DNA from: Minisyncoccota bacterium
GTDB lineage: Bacteria; Patescibacteriota; Minisyncoccia; JAHIHE01; JAGLIN01
Length of the DNA stretch: 64,000 bases
Reading direction: 5' to 3'
Assembly (NCBI GenBank): GCA_041661265.1
Contig: JBAZUT010000003.1
Span: 15,191 to 79,190 of the forward strand
The notes under the pieces were generated by a model. That model had not been told where the DNA came from. It ran no database searches and saw only the letters and a list, made by a program, of their open reading frames with translations. Positions 16,224-26,702 of this stretch are shown here, piece by piece (position 1 is the stretch's first letter; the number at the start of each line of letters is the position of its first letter). The position numbers and the translations under genes were made by a program.

Positions 16224-16790
16224 TTATTTTTCGACAGCGAGAAAACTCGTGAAATTGAATTTCAGGTCCTGAACGCCCTTTTCCATGATCATGAGCCCAA
16301 AAAGGGTGGCGCAGCTTTCGGGAGCAAGTATTGCAGTTTCATTGCCAAGCTTTCCTTCCGAAAGATCCCTTGCCGCCTTGGCCGTATCTTCCGTTTCTTT
16401 GAGATCTGCTTTTGACCATTGTTTTTTCAGATACATTTTGCATTGTTTCAGCGCCTGATCGTGAGACGCGATGCTTTTGATGTCATCCTTGGAAACGCCT
16501 TTTTTTGTCAGCAGGCAATGTATCACCGGGATCTCGAATATGTCCTTGATCTTGAAAATATATCTGCTCATTGCATATATGCTTTCGATAACTACTCCAC
16601 CATTCGAATTCTCGATTGGAAAAATGCCAAGGTCGATCTTCTTGTTCTCGAGCGAATTAAGGACTTTCTCGACCGAAATCAGATACACCAGTTCGTACTC
16701 GGTTATTTGATTCTTGCGGCAATATTCCACTGCGGCTTGCTCCGAAAAACTGCCTTCATCTCCCGAAATGCCGATCTTTATTTTTTCCAT
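16224..16790 (-). CDS. pheA: Prephenate dehydratase catalytic domain only (no ACT)
   Basis: GDEGSFSE, PIENSNGG, SHDQALKQC, DTAKAA, NFTSF. Confidence 0.8.
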   Translation of the reverse strand: MEKIKIGISGDEGSFSEQAAVEYCRKNQITEYELVYLISVEKVLNSLENKKIDLGIFPIENSNGGVVIESIYAMSRYIFKIKDIFEIPVIHCLLTKKGVSKDDIKSIASHDQALKQCKMYLKKQWSKADLKETEDTAKAARDLSEGKLGNETAILAPESCATLFGLMIMEKGVQDLKFNFTSFLAVEK

Positions 16791-17075
16791 ATATATTTAT
16801 CAAATTAATTATGCCTCAAACATATTATGAATATTATAAAAGGATAAAATAGGTCTTTAAAATAAGCATACTTATCCTTATGTTATTTTAACAAATATCC
16901 CTGATTCTGTTAATAAACCGCGGATAGTTACCAAAAATATATTTTCATGACATCATAATCGGCGAAAAAAGCCGAGATCGAAGCATTGATCGAAAAATTG
17001 AAGAGAATAAGAGAAGATGCAACGTCATAACAAAAAATCGTGAAATGATCACGACTTTTTTATGTATCTAAATAT

Positions 17076-19292
17076 CTATTTGCATTCTTTATTCGAACAC
17101 GCAACAGTGTCATTTTTTGCATAAAGCATTAGACTATTGCATTTGGGGCACAGCTCTCCCGTGGGTTTGGACCAAAGCGCGAATTTGCAATCCGGGTATC
17201 CGTTGCAGGCATAGAAGATCCTTCCTTGCTTCGATTTTTTTTCAACTATGTCATTTTTTTTGCATTGAGGGCATTTGACGCCGGTAGATTTTACGATCGG
17301 TTTTATGTTCTTGCAGTCGGGATAGCCGCTGCATCCCAGAAAAGTGCCATATCTTCCGCGCTTTACTTTCATGGGTTTTCCGCATTTATCGCAAATTTCA
17401 CCTGAAAATTCATCCTGCAGCGCTTTCTCGTCGCCGAACGGTTTTGTGGTTTTGCATTCGGGATAGTTCGTACATGCAAGGAACTTTCCAAATCTTCCAA
17501 GTTTAATGACCATGGGGGATCCGCATTTTTCGCATTTCTCGTCGGTTTTTTCTTCGGTGAGCTCCTTCTTGTCGATCGTTTTTTCCTTCTCTTTGAGATT
17601 TTTCGAGAATGGCTTATAGAATGCGCTGATCACCGGTACCCATTCTTTTTTATTCTCGGCTATCTCATCAAGTTCCGCTTCCATTTTTGCCGTGAATTGA
17701 ACATCGACGATCTCCGGAAAATTATCCACGAGAAGTCCATTCACAAGAACGCCGATCTCTTTCGGATGGAATCGTTTTTCGATCTTTTCGACATAGCCTC
17801 TTTCCTGGATCGTACTGATCGTCGGCGCATATGTCGAAGGTCTTCCAATGCCCAGCTGTTCAAGGGTCTTTACAAGACTTGCCTCGTTGAATCGAGCGGG
17901 CGGTTCAGTGAAATGTTGTTCATTTAAAATATCTTTCAGATCCAATATTTCGCCATTATCGATGACCGGGAGGATCGTATCTTCGGATTTGACCGGATAA
18001 ACTTTCAGGAATCCTTCGAATTTCAACACTGATCCGTTTGCCCTTAGTGCATATTTTTCACTGGCGCTGATGTCGATGCCTGTCTGGTCATATATGGCAC
18101 TGGACATTTGGGAGGCGATCATTCTTTGCCAGATGAGGTTGTAAACTTTGAATTGCTTGGGATCAAGGTGTTCCTTTATGGACTCAGGCGAAAGCGACGG
18201 GTTTGCCGGCCTGATGGCTTCATGCGCTTCCTGTGCGCCTTTCGATTTGGTCTTATAAAGCCGCTTCTCGTAATATTCATTGCCGAAATTTTCTTTTATG
18301 TATTTTTCCGCGTTCAGAAGCGAATCGTTGCTCAAATTCAATGAATCGGTTCTCATGTAGGTGATGAGTCCGGTAGCACCGCCTGAACCAAGTTCAATTC
18401 CTTCATAGAGCTGCTGGGCGATCATCATGGTCTGTTTCGAGCTATATCCCAGTCTGTTGTTTGCGGCCTGTTGAAGAGTACTGGTCGTGAAAGGCGGAAG
18501 GGGATTCTTTTTTGATTCCTTTTTTGTAATTGAAGAAACTTTATATTCGGAATTTTTCAGATCATTTTTGATCCTTTCGGATTCTTCTTTTGTCTTTATG
18601 CCGAGTTTTGGAATGCTTTTTCCGTTTTCCTTCATCAATTTTGCCCTGAAGAGTGCGCTTGGATCGTTCTTTCTGGAAAGATCTGTTTCGATCGTCCAAT
18701 ATTCTTCGCGTTTGAATTTATTGATCTCGTCTTCGCGTTCGACAATGAGCCTCACTGCGACCGATTGCACTCTTCCGGCAGAAAGTCCATATCTGATCTT
18801 TCGCCACAAAAGAGGAGACAGCTTGTAGCCCACGAGCCGGTCGAGTATCCTTCTCGCTTGCTGTGAATCGACAAGGTCCATGTCAATTTTTCTCGGATTT
18901 TCCAGCGCATCCTCTATCGCCTTTTTGGTTATTTCGTGAAAGACTATGCGTTTATAATCCTTGGCACCTTTTTTCTTTCCGAAATCACCCAAATTCAGCA
19001 TCTGTGCGATATGCCAAGCTATGGCTTCTCCTTCGCGGTCTTCGTCCGATGCGATTATAACCTCATCGCATTTTGTCGCGGCTTCTTTCAGTTCTGCGGC
19101 ATGTTTCTTGCTTTTCGGGCTGATAATGTATTCGGGTTCGAAGTTATTTTCAACGTCAACACCGAGCTTGCTCTTGGGAAGGTCGCGCAAGTGCCCGAAA
19201 GATGACTTTACTATATAATCCTTGCTAAGGAATCTTGAGATGGTTTTGGCCTTGGTGGGCGACTCAACGATAATAAGTTTTTTGCTTGGCAT
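17076..19292 (-). CDS. topA: DNA topoisomerase I
   Basis: IVESPTKAKTI, DEDREGEAI, SAGRVQS, ITYMRTDS, C-terminal Zn ribbons. Confidence 0.98.
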   Translation of the reverse strand: MPSKKLIIVESPTKAKTISRFLSKDYIVKSSFGHLRDLPKSKLGVDVENNFEPEYIISPKSKKHAAELKEAATKCDEVIIASDEDREGEAIAWHIAQMLNLGDFGKKKGAKDYKRIVFHEITKKAIEDALENPRKIDMDLVDSQQARRILDRLVGYKLSPLLWRKIRYGLSAGRVQSVAVRLIVEREDEINKFKREEYWTIETDLSRKNDPSALFRAKLMKENGKSIPKLGIKTKEESERIKNDLKNSEYKVSSITKKESKKNPLPPFTTSTLQQAANNRLGYSSKQTMMIAQQLYEGIELGSGGATGLITYMRTDSLNLSNDSLLNAEKYIKENFGNEYYEKRLYKTKSKGAQEAHEAIRPANPSLSPESIKEHLDPKQFKVYNLIWQRMIASQMSSAIYDQTGIDISASEKYALRANGSVLKFEGFLKVYPVKSEDTILPVIDNGEILDLKDILNEQHFTEPPARFNEASLVKTLEQLGIGRPSTYAPTISTIQERGYVEKIEKRFHPKEIGVLVNGLLVDNFPEIVDVQFTAKMEAELDEIAENKKEWVPVISAFYKPFSKNLKEKEKTIDKKELTEEKTDEKCEKCGSPMVIKLGRFGKFLACTNYPECKTTKPFGDEKALQDEFSGEICDKCGKPMKVKRGRYGTFLGCSGYPDCKNIKPIVKSTGVKCPQCKKNDIVEKKSKQGRIFYACNGYPDCKFALWSKPTGELCPKCNSLMLYAKNDTVACSNKECK

Positions 19293-19390
19293 AGAAAAAA
19301 AATTAAAATGAAAAAATAAAAGTGAAAAATGTTAATGATTTTCATGAAACAGAAATTCAATTGACATTTTTCATTTTGATTTTTAAAATT

Positions 19391-20485
19391 TTAATTTGCA
19401 ATAATATATCTCATCCCGCCAATATTTTTGACTTTACCTTTAATTTCCATCAGTGTCAATAAACTTGAAAGCGAGTTCATATTCATTTTAATGTTTTTTG
19501 AGAGCTGGTCAATGTGAGTGGCATTATCACGAGCCAGATTTTCCAGTATCAGTTTCTCGTCATCATTATCGGGAATTATATCTTTCAATTTCGATGCGTC
19601 AAGCGAAGTTTCAATGTCGAGCTCCTCAAGTATATCGCGGGGACGAGAAGCCAGTTTCGCTCCGAGCTTGATCAAATTGTTCGTACCGATCGAATTGCCG
19701 GAAAAAATACTGCCCGGAACCGCAAAAACATCTCTATTCTGTTCAAGTGAAAATTTGGCCGTTATAAGAGATCCGGAAGATTCAGATGCTTCGATAACAA
19801 GCACTCCTTTCGAGAGTCCGCTTATGATCCTGTTCCTTGCGGGAAAATGCTGTTTAAGCGGCGGGGTACCTATTGGGTATTCACTGATGAGGGCTCCAGA
19901 GCCGGAAATATCGCGCGCCAGCTTGCGATTGCTCAGGGGGTATATGCTTTTTTCGTCCAAGCCTCCTCCGAGAACTGCGATCGTACGTTTTTTTTGCTTC
20001 ACGCATTCAAGGTGAGCAACAGTATCTGCGCCGAAAGCAAGTCCGCTCACCAGAGTCAATCCGGATGCTGAAAGTTCCTTTGAGAGAAATGATGCGGCCT
20101 GAGTTCCATATGGCGAAAGCTTTCTTGATCCGACAACGGCAAGGCAGATGTCGCTATTGCTCAGAGAACCTTTTAGATATATCATGGCCGGACTGCTTGA
20201 TATTTCCAAAAGAAGATTTGGAAAGCGTTCATCCTTAAACGTCACCAGTTCTATGTTCTCTTCGGCAAGTTTTTCGTATTCTTTTTCCGGAGAGATATTC
20301 TTTTTGAAATCGATCATCCTCAGAACCGTTTTATTTTCGATGCCCGACGCCAGAAGATCATCAATGCCGGATCTCCAAGCATTTTCAAGAGATTTAAAAT
20401 GCGCCAGAAGCATTTTTAGTTTGGCCGGACCCATGAACGGCATGAGATTAAATGCGTTGTAATATTGACGCTCAGATATTGACAT
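19391..20485 (-). CDS. dprA: DNA processing protein DprA
   Basis: AVVGSR, VSGLAFGAD, FPARNRIISGLS, SGSLITA. Confidence 0.97.
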   Translation of the reverse strand: MSISERQYYNAFNLMPFMGPAKLKMLLAHFKSLENAWRSGIDDLLASGIENKTVLRMIDFKKNISPEKEYEKLAEENIELVTFKDERFPNLLLEISSSPAMIYLKGSLSNSDICLAVVGSRKLSPYGTQAASFLSKELSASGLTLVSGLAFGADTVAHLECVKQKKRTIAVLGGGLDEKSIYPLSNRKLARDISGSGALISEYPIGTPPLKQHFPARNRIISGLSKGVLVIEASESSGSLITAKFSLEQNRDVFAVPGSIFSGNSIGTNNLIKLGAKLASRPRDILEELDIETSLDASKLKDIIPDNDDEKLILENLARDNATHIDQLSKNIKMNMNSLSSLLTLMEIKGKVKNIGGMRYIIAN

Positions 20486-20507
20486 ATAAAATATAATATG
20501 CTATACT
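20479..20507 (+). promoter_or_regulatory. Near-consensus sigma70 promoter on + strand overlapping the dprA start codon
   Basis: TTGACA-17 nt-TATACT with extended -10 TG. Confidence 0.8.
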
Positions 20508-20513
20508 GGGATG

Positions 20514-20887
20514 TTAATAAAAATCTGGAGGTTTTTTATTTTGCTGCATTTACAATCGGAAGCAACTAGGATTTTATGGGCGGCATTCTGTCTATGAGCT
20601 GTGAAAGCACAATAATCCCTCCTAATATTGTGCGAGTAGCTTAAGTCTAGGCATGTATTTCTTGTAAATACAGGCCTTACGCTTATAGGCAGTATGCCGG
20701 ATGTAAAAGATGGCAATGCCATGCACTTTTCTGTCTATGAGCGGCTATGATGCAACAATACCTCCTATAGTTGCATAACGGCCTAATGTTCAGGTCTTTA
20801 TTTCTTGTAAATACAGATCTTACGCTTATAGGCAGTAAAGTTTATGGCAGAAAACAGAAAAAGAAAGGGTCTCAGATCCTTTCTTTT
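20514..20887 (+). ncRNA. Putative structured ncRNA with two 105-nt repeated domains (20588-20692, 20731-20835)
   Basis: Identical closing stems CTGTCTATGAGC/GCTTATAGGCAG (GU pairs only on + strand), covarying inner stems, CCTCCTA loops, conserved TATTTCTTGTAAATACAG; terminator hairpin at 20859-20887. Confidence 0.7.
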
Positions 20888-21399
20888 ATATTGTCACGGA
20901 TCTTATCCGTAATTCCGTTTAAGATATCCGATTCGGCGGCCGATAAATTTGCGAGAACAAAATCTTCTGATGCCATATTGCCGCGGTCGGATTCTATGCC
21001 TATTCTGTATCGGGTGAAATCTTTTGTTCCAAGAGTATCGATTATCGATTGTATCCCTTTGTGACCTGCCGAGCTCCTGTCTTTTGTTACCTTAAATTCT
21101 CCGATCGCGATATCGAGCTCATCCTGGATCACCAACAGATCATTGTTCGATATTTTATAATAATCCATTGCCGATCTCACGGACGCGCCTGAACTGTTCA
21201 TAAATGTTTGCGGTTTCAGAAGCAACACCTTTTCGCCGCTTATGTTCCCGAAAGAAAGAAGCGCATTAAATTTTTTTTCGAATGCAAAGGGTTCAAAATT
21301 GAAAGATCCGGCTATTTTGTCGATCGCAATAAATCCCACGTTGTGCCTTGTTCGCTCGTATTCCTTTCCCGGATTGCCGAGGCCGACTATCAGTTTCAT
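20872..21399 (-). CDS. pth: Peptidyl-tRNA hydrolase
   Basis: LIVGLGNPG, TRHNVGF, KPQTFMNSSG. Confidence 0.97.
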   Translation of the reverse strand: MKLIVGLGNPGKEYERTRHNVGFIAIDKIAGSFNFEPFAFEKKFNALLSFGNISGEKVLLLKPQTFMNSSGASVRSAMDYYKISNNDLLVIQDELDIAIGEFKVTKDRSSAGHKGIQSIIDTLGTKDFTRYRIGIESDRGNMASEDFVLANLSAAESDILNGITDKIRDNIKERI

Positions 21400-21497
21400 A
21401 AATTGTAATAATTATTGATAAAGATAAAATACAAAATGAAAATTAATTACGGATATTTTGCATTGTTAATACCATTCCAATGCTTAGGTTTTAATTT

Positions 21498-22799
21498 TCA
21501 GAATCCTTTACCGAGGAGTATGACAAAATCCGCTTTACTATCCGAGATATCCGCTCCATCTTCAAGCATCGCGAGAAACTTGCTTTTGAGGATGGAAAGG
21601 GTCAGCGGCTTGAGGCCATTGGAATTGTTCAATATTTTTACTCCCGAAGCCGTCTCATCCGCTGTGTTTGTCGAATTGATTATCCTGAATCCGTAAGATT
21701 CAAGGTCCCTTGCAACCGTATTTGCAACATCAGGCGTTCCGGTGGCATTTTTAATTTCAATGGTGGCACTTTCTTTTTTTATGGAATCTCGTTCCTCATC
21801 GCTCATGGAAAGAGTGAAAATGTCTTCGCTGAATTTTTTGATGTTCTCATAATCTTTTGATTTTGTATCGAGGGTGTATCCCAGTCCGACATACGACCGC
21901 GCAAGATAGTTGCTCGTGTCTATGGATTCCGTTGTGATCTTGTGATTTCCGATATCTTTCGCTATTTTGTAGAATCTCGGGATCTCTTTCGGTTCGATGT
22001 CCGTTTGCAGATGGTCTCCCAGGTCGGTCAATATGTTTTTGAATGCCATGATGTCGACACTGGAATATTTTTCAAATATTTTCTGCCTGAACGCCTTGAG
22101 AATATTCTGCTGTCTTTTTATTCTGTCGAAATCTCCCATTTTGCTGTGCCTCGATCTTGCGACTTTGAGAGCGAGTGCTCCGTCAAGGTGATGCAAGCCC
22201 TTTTTTATATAGAATGGGTCGTATCCATTGGAAAAATTGGGATATGTCGGATCATTAATGTCGTTTTCAAGCTCAATGTCTATTCCGCCCACATCATCAA
22301 TGATCTTCGTGAACCCGCTAAAATCCAGTTGCAGATAATAATTGATCTTTTGGCCGGATATTTCCTCGATCGTATTCTTCAGAAGGAGCATGCCATCTTT
22401 GCCATTTTTGTCGCCGAGCGCCTTGACAGCATTGATCTTTGTTCCGATGTTCAATTCCGTAACATGGACGAAAAGATCCCTGGGTATCGAAATAAATGCG
22501 GCTTCTTTTTTTTGCGGCTTTATTCTTGCGATCATGATTGTATCTGTGAGATCTCCTCCATTGTGGTGTTTTCCTCCGATCCCAAGAAGGAGTATGTTGA
22601 TGCTGTCTTCATTTTCACCATCAAGGGATTGCGCCGGACTGAAGATCATTTCTGAAAATTGCTTGATTATGGAATCAGAACCTTCTTTCTTCGAAAATAT
22701 CTTATTTCCGGTCTGAAAAAATTCATATGAAAAACCAACGAGCGGTATGAGTGCAAGTAAAAGCATCAGAAAAAAGAATTTTACGGCAATCTTCAGCAT
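21498..22799 (-). CDS. LCP (LytR-CpsA-Psr) family protein with LytR C-terminal domain
   Basis: NILLLG, TDTIM, SIPRD, DFDRIKRQQ. Confidence 0.93.
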   Translation of the reverse strand: MLKIAVKFFFLMLLLALIPLVGFSYEFFQTGNKIFSKKEGSDSIIKQFSEMIFSPAQSLDGENEDSINILLLGIGGKHHNGGDLTDTIMIARIKPQKKEAAFISIPRDLFVHVTELNIGTKINAVKALGDKNGKDGMLLLKNTIEEISGQKINYYLQLDFSGFTKIIDDVGGIDIELENDINDPTYPNFSNGYDPFYIKKGLHHLDGALALKVARSRHSKMGDFDRIKRQQNILKAFRQKIFEKYSSVDIMAFKNILTDLGDHLQTDIEPKEIPRFYKIAKDIGNHKITTESIDTSNYLARSYVGLGYTLDTKSKDYENIKKFSEDIFTLSMSDEERDSIKKESATIEIKNATGTPDVANTVARDLESYGFRIINSTNTADETASGVKILNNSNGLKPLTLSILKSKFLAMLEDGADISDSKADFVILLGKGF

Positions 22800-22988
22800 A
22801 TGGAATTCAGTTCAATTTTATTCTACAATAATGCGGTGGAAGTGTCTAATGAAAAGCGGCATTGCGCGGCGAGGTGCGATAAATTAGGCAAAAAAAGAAG
22901 CAGGAGAATATTTGACTCGCGGGTCTAAAAGTTGTATTCTGTAGTTATCATGTAAAAATTAATTCATAATGAAATTGGAAAATATCGT

Positions 22989-23591
22989 ATGGATCAAGGG
23001 GAAAAAAAATCGAGCGGATTAAGATTGATCATTGAAGATATATTGGGATTATCAGCTGAAACTGCAAAGATCGTGATAATAAGTCTTGTTGTCATAATAG
23101 GCATCAGAACTTATGTAATGCAGCCTTTTTTTGTGAGCGGAAGCAGCATGGAGCCTAATTTCCATGATGGCGATTATTTGATAGTCGACGAGCTAAGCTA
23201 TGAGATCGGTGAGCCAAAAAGAGGAGATGTCATAATATTCAAATATCCGAAAAATCCTAACGAATATTTTATTAAGAGGATAATTGGATTGCCGGGTGAA
23301 AAAATTGAAATATCAAACAACACTATACGGATCTATAATAATGCAAGGCCGGAGGGGTTTGTTGTCGGTGAAGATAAATACATACCGCAGACAACCGTCA
23401 CTACGGGTAATTATATTGCCGAGCTTAAGAATGACGAATATTACGTTCTGGGAGATAACAGAGTTGCGAGCGCGGATTCAAGATGGTGGGGCGTTTTGGA
23501 TAGACATTTTATTGTCGGAAAGGCACTGATCAGAGCGTGGCCGTATAATGATCTTGCGATATTCGAAGGGGCACAATACGAGAATCCGTAA
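22989..23591 (+). CDS. lepB: Signal peptidase I
   Basis: GSSMEPNF, IKRIIGLPGE, GDNR..S.DSR. Confidence 0.96.
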   Translation: MDQGEKKSSGLRLIIEDILGLSAETAKIVIISLVVIIGIRTYVMQPFFVSGSSMEPNFHDGDYLIVDELSYEIGEPKRGDVIIFKYPKNPNEYFIKRIIGLPGEKIEISNNTIRIYNNARPEGFVVGEDKYIPQTTVTTGNYIAELKNDEYYVLGDNRVASADSRWWGVLDRHFIVGKALIRAWPYNDLAIFEGAQYENP

Positions 23592-23612
23592 TCGCTTTAA
23601 TAAAATAATTTC

Positions 23613-24152
23613 GTGAATATGAAAATAATTGCTTTTTGCGGCAGTGCGAGAAAGGGAAATACCGAATATATTCTGAATAAAGTGCTGACAAAGGCGGACA
23701 GGATGGGGCATCAAACGGACCTGATTCTTCTCCGCGAGAAAAGGATCGAGCTTTGCGACGGATGCTTTGAATGCGATGCTACCAATAAATGCAAGATCAA
23801 AGACGGCATGCAGGACATATATGACAGGATGGAGAGAAGCGATCTCGTGATATTCGCGAGTCCGAATTATTTCGACAGCTATACGGGCCTTATGAAAAAT
23901 TTCATTGACAGATTGAGGCCATATTGCACAAGCGGGAAGATGAATGGAAAAAAAATGGTAGTGATCTCTGTCGGCGGAGGCGGTCCTATTTCAACTAAAC
24001 GCCTAAATTCGAATTTTGATGTCGTTGCGGATAAGCTTGGAATGATCCTGGTGGGTGATCTGGATTTTATCGCAAAGGGACCGAACGATGTTGAGAATGA
24101 TCCTGAAAATATCAGCAAAATAGAGAATTTCATTCAAGGCGTATTGTCTTAA
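23613..24152 (+). CDS. Flavodoxin-like / iron-sulfur flavoprotein family
   Basis: GSARKGNT, CDGCFEC...C, ASPNYF. Confidence 0.88.
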   Translation: MNMKIIAFCGSARKGNTEYILNKVLTKADRMGHQTDLILLREKRIELCDGCFECDATNKCKIKDGMQDIYDRMERSDLVIFASPNYFDSYTGLMKNFIDRLRPYCTSGKMNGKKMVVISVGGGGPISTKRLNSNFDVVADKLGMILVGDLDFIAKGPNDVENDPENISKIENFIQGVLS

Positions 24153-24176
24153 TTTTATAAAGTAAATTTCAAATAA

Positions 24177-25505
24177 ATGCCAAGAGTTAAAAAGATCGAA
24201 AAAAAAGAAGAAAAGAAACCGCGAAAGAAGACAAATCCTATACAAACCGTAAGGGGAATGAAGGATGTTTTGCCGCCGGAACAGATGCTCTGGGATTATG
24301 TGATCAGTGAGAGCAGGAGGCTGTGCCAGAATTTCGGTTTTGGAAGAATTGAAACGCCCGTTGTTGAATTCGCAGATTTGTTCGAACGCGGAGTTGGCGA
24401 GCTGACGGATATAGTTGAGAAGGAAATGTTCGTTTTTGAGACCAAGGGTGATGAAAAAGTTGCATTAAGGCCCGAAGGGACTGCCGGCATAGTGAGGTCG
24501 TATATAGAGAATGGCATGAGCAAGTGGTCACAGCCCGTGAGGCTTTATTATGAGGGTCCGATGTTCAGATATGACAGGCCTCAGACGGGAAGATACAGAG
24601 AGTTCCATCAATTCGGGTTTGAGGTGTTCGGAGATGCCTGTCCTGCAGTTGATGCGCAGGTTATCTATCTGGCATGGAAGATTTTCCAGAGAATCGGTTT
24701 GAAAAATGTGACGATTCAGATCAATAGCATAGGATGCAAGGAATGCAGATCGAACTACAAGAATGTTCTGACGGATTATTATGAAATGAAAATCAATAAA
24801 TTATGCACCGACTGCAAAAGGAGATTGCTTAAAAACCCGCTAAGGCTTTTGGATTGCAAAGAAGAAAAATGCATGCAAGTCGCATCATCAGCGCCTCAAA
24901 TAATCGACAGTTTATGTACGGGATGTCATGATCACTTCAAGAACGTACTTGAATTCCTTGATGAGTTGGAGCTTCCCTATGTATTGAATTCCAGTCTGGT
25001 GAGGGGCCTTGATTATTACACAAAAACAGTGTTTGAGATCTGGGCGGCGGATCCGGAGGGCGGTTCAAGGCAGCTGTCTCTCGGGGGCGGCGGCAGGTAT
25101 GATAATCTCGTACAGTCGCTGGGCGGCGAACCTACGGCTGCTGTGGGATATTCATTCGGCCTCGAGAGGGTGATCGAGCAGCTTATCAGAGCAAAGATAA
25201 GTATTGATATGAAAATCAAAAAGGAAGTATTTCTGGTGCAGCTCGGAGATAAAGCCAGAAAAAAAATATTAAAGCTATTCGACAAGCTAATAGATGCGAA
25301 TATATCCGTTGGTGAATCTGTGGGGCGGGGCAGCATAAAGTCGCAGCTTCGGATCGCAAACAGGTATAGCAGCAAGCTAGCTCTTATAATCGGTCAGAAG
25401 GAAGCATTGGACAATACGGTTATAATAAGGGATATGGAAAGCGGGATGCAGGAGGTTGTGACATTGGAAGACGCGGTTACTGAAGTCAAAAGAAGACTCG
25501 CATAA
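24177..25505 (+). CDS. hisS: Histidine--tRNA ligase
   Basis: LRPEGTA, GRYREFHQ, RGLDYY, GGGRYD. Confidence 0.98.
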   Translation: MPRVKKIEKKEEKKPRKKTNPIQTVRGMKDVLPPEQMLWDYVISESRRLCQNFGFGRIETPVVEFADLFERGVGELTDIVEKEMFVFETKGDEKVALRPEGTAGIVRSYIENGMSKWSQPVRLYYEGPMFRYDRPQTGRYREFHQFGFEVFGDACPAVDAQVIYLAWKIFQRIGLKNVTIQINSIGCKECRSNYKNVLTDYYEMKINKLCTDCKRRLLKNPLRLLDCKEEKCMQVASSAPQIIDSLCTGCHDHFKNVLEFLDELELPYVLNSSLVRGLDYYTKTVFEIWAADPEGGSRQLSLGGGGRYDNLVQSLGGEPTAAVGYSFGLERVIEQLIRAKISIDMKIKKEVFLVQLGDKARKKILKLFDKLIDANISVGESVGRGSIKSQLRIANRYSSKLALIIGQKEALDNTVIIRDMESGMQEVVTLEDAVTEVKRRLA

Positions 25506-25526
25506 ATTTATCAAATAAAAACAAAA

Positions 25527-25874
25527 ATGGATTGCATATTCTGCAAAATATCAAAAAAAGAAATACCTGCAAACGTGGTATTTGAGAATGAAGACATAAT
25601 AGCCTTTAAGGACATCAATCCCGTTGCGCCGGTGCACGTTCTGGTCATTCCCAAAAAACATATTGAATCTGTCGTTGACGTAAAAGATAGCGACGAGGCT
25701 CTGATGGGCAAGATGATAATAGCAGCAAAGAAAATAGCCGAGCAGATGAAGATATCCGAAAGTGGATACAAGCTTCTGGTAAGGGTCGGAAAAAATGGCG
25801 GACAGGAGATCGGGCATATTCATATGCATTTGCTGGGCGGAGCGCGGCTTTATGAAAATATCAGACCGGCATAG
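25527..25874 (+). CDS. HIT family nucleotide-binding protein
   Basis: DCIFCKI, HIHMH triad. Confidence 0.95.
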   Translation: MDCIFCKISKKEIPANVVFENEDIIAFKDINPVAPVHVLVIPKKHIESVVDVKDSDEALMGKMIIAAKKIAEQMKISESGYKLLVRVGKNGGQEIGHIHMHLLGGARLYENIRPA

Positions 25875-25978
25875 TCCCGAATAGCATTTTCGGGTGAGGG
25901 TATTGCCAAGCTAAGTTAATGTGTTATAATCAACTCAGTCGATTTTTATTATAAATATTAATTTTTTAGGGGTGTAAA

Positions 25979-26212
25979 ATGATTGAAGTTAAAAGAAAAG
26001 ACAATGAAAGCGTCGGAAGCCTGCTGAGAAGATTTTCCAAAAAAGTACAGCAGAGCGGTCTTCTTATCCAAGCGCGAAATTCAAGGTTCAAGGAAAAGAC
26101 AAAGAGCCGGACCGAGAGAAGAAAAAGCGCACTCAGGAGAAATGAGATCGTGAGCGAAAAGGAAAGATTGAGAAAATTGGGCAAGCTTGAAGAAGAATAC
26201 AGCAAGTATTAA
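25979..26212 (+). CDS. rpsU: 30S ribosomal protein S21
   Basis: ESVGSLLRRFSKKVQQSG; upstream of yqeY. Confidence 0.88.
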   Translation: MIEVKRKDNESVGSLLRRFSKKVQQSGLLIQARNSRFKEKTKSRTERRKSALRRNEIVSEKERLRKLGKLEEEYSKY

Positions 26213-26237
26213 TTTATTTCCGCAATAAATTAAATAA

Positions 26238-26690
26238 ATGGGCTTAAAAGATAAAATTAGGAGTGATCTCAAGGCTTCCATGAAAAATCAAGACAAGATA
26301 TCTTTGTCAGTTTTGAGGTTGCTGAATTCGGATATACGGAACAAGGAGATTGAGCTCATAAAGGAGATCGGTGACGACGATGTTGTAAAGATAATTAAAA
26401 GCAATGTAAAAAAAAGAAAAGATTCTGTGGAAATGTATAAACAGGGAAAACGAGAAGATCTTGTTAAGCAGGAAGAAAGTGAAATCGTAATTTTACAGAA
26501 GTATCTTCCGGAGGAAATGGGCGAAGAGGCGATAAGAACTATCGTAAAGAATGTTATATCAAAAACCGGCCTCGGCAAATCTTCCGATTTCGGCGGACTC
26601 ATGAAAGAAGTTATGAAAGAAACGGGAGGCAATGCGGATGGCAAAACCGTAAGCTCTATTGTCAGAGATGAGCTTGGAAAAATCCAATAA
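26238..26690 (+). CDS. GatB/YqeY domain protein
   Basis: KKRKDSVEMY, GREDL, YLP, GNADGK. Confidence 0.93.
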   Translation: MGLKDKIRSDLKASMKNQDKISLSVLRLLNSDIRNKEIELIKEIGDDDVVKIIKSNVKKRKDSVEMYKQGKREDLVKQEESEIVILQKYLPEEMGEEAIRTIVKNVISKTGLGKSSDFGGLMKEVMKETGGNADGKTVSSIVRDELGKIQ

Positions 26691-26702
26691 GGACATTTAT
26701 AT

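Noticed and set aside
20588-20835. Repeats as a CRISPR array
   Set aside because: Only two 105-nt units with internal covarying structure, no repeat-spacer periodicity and no cas genes in the window.
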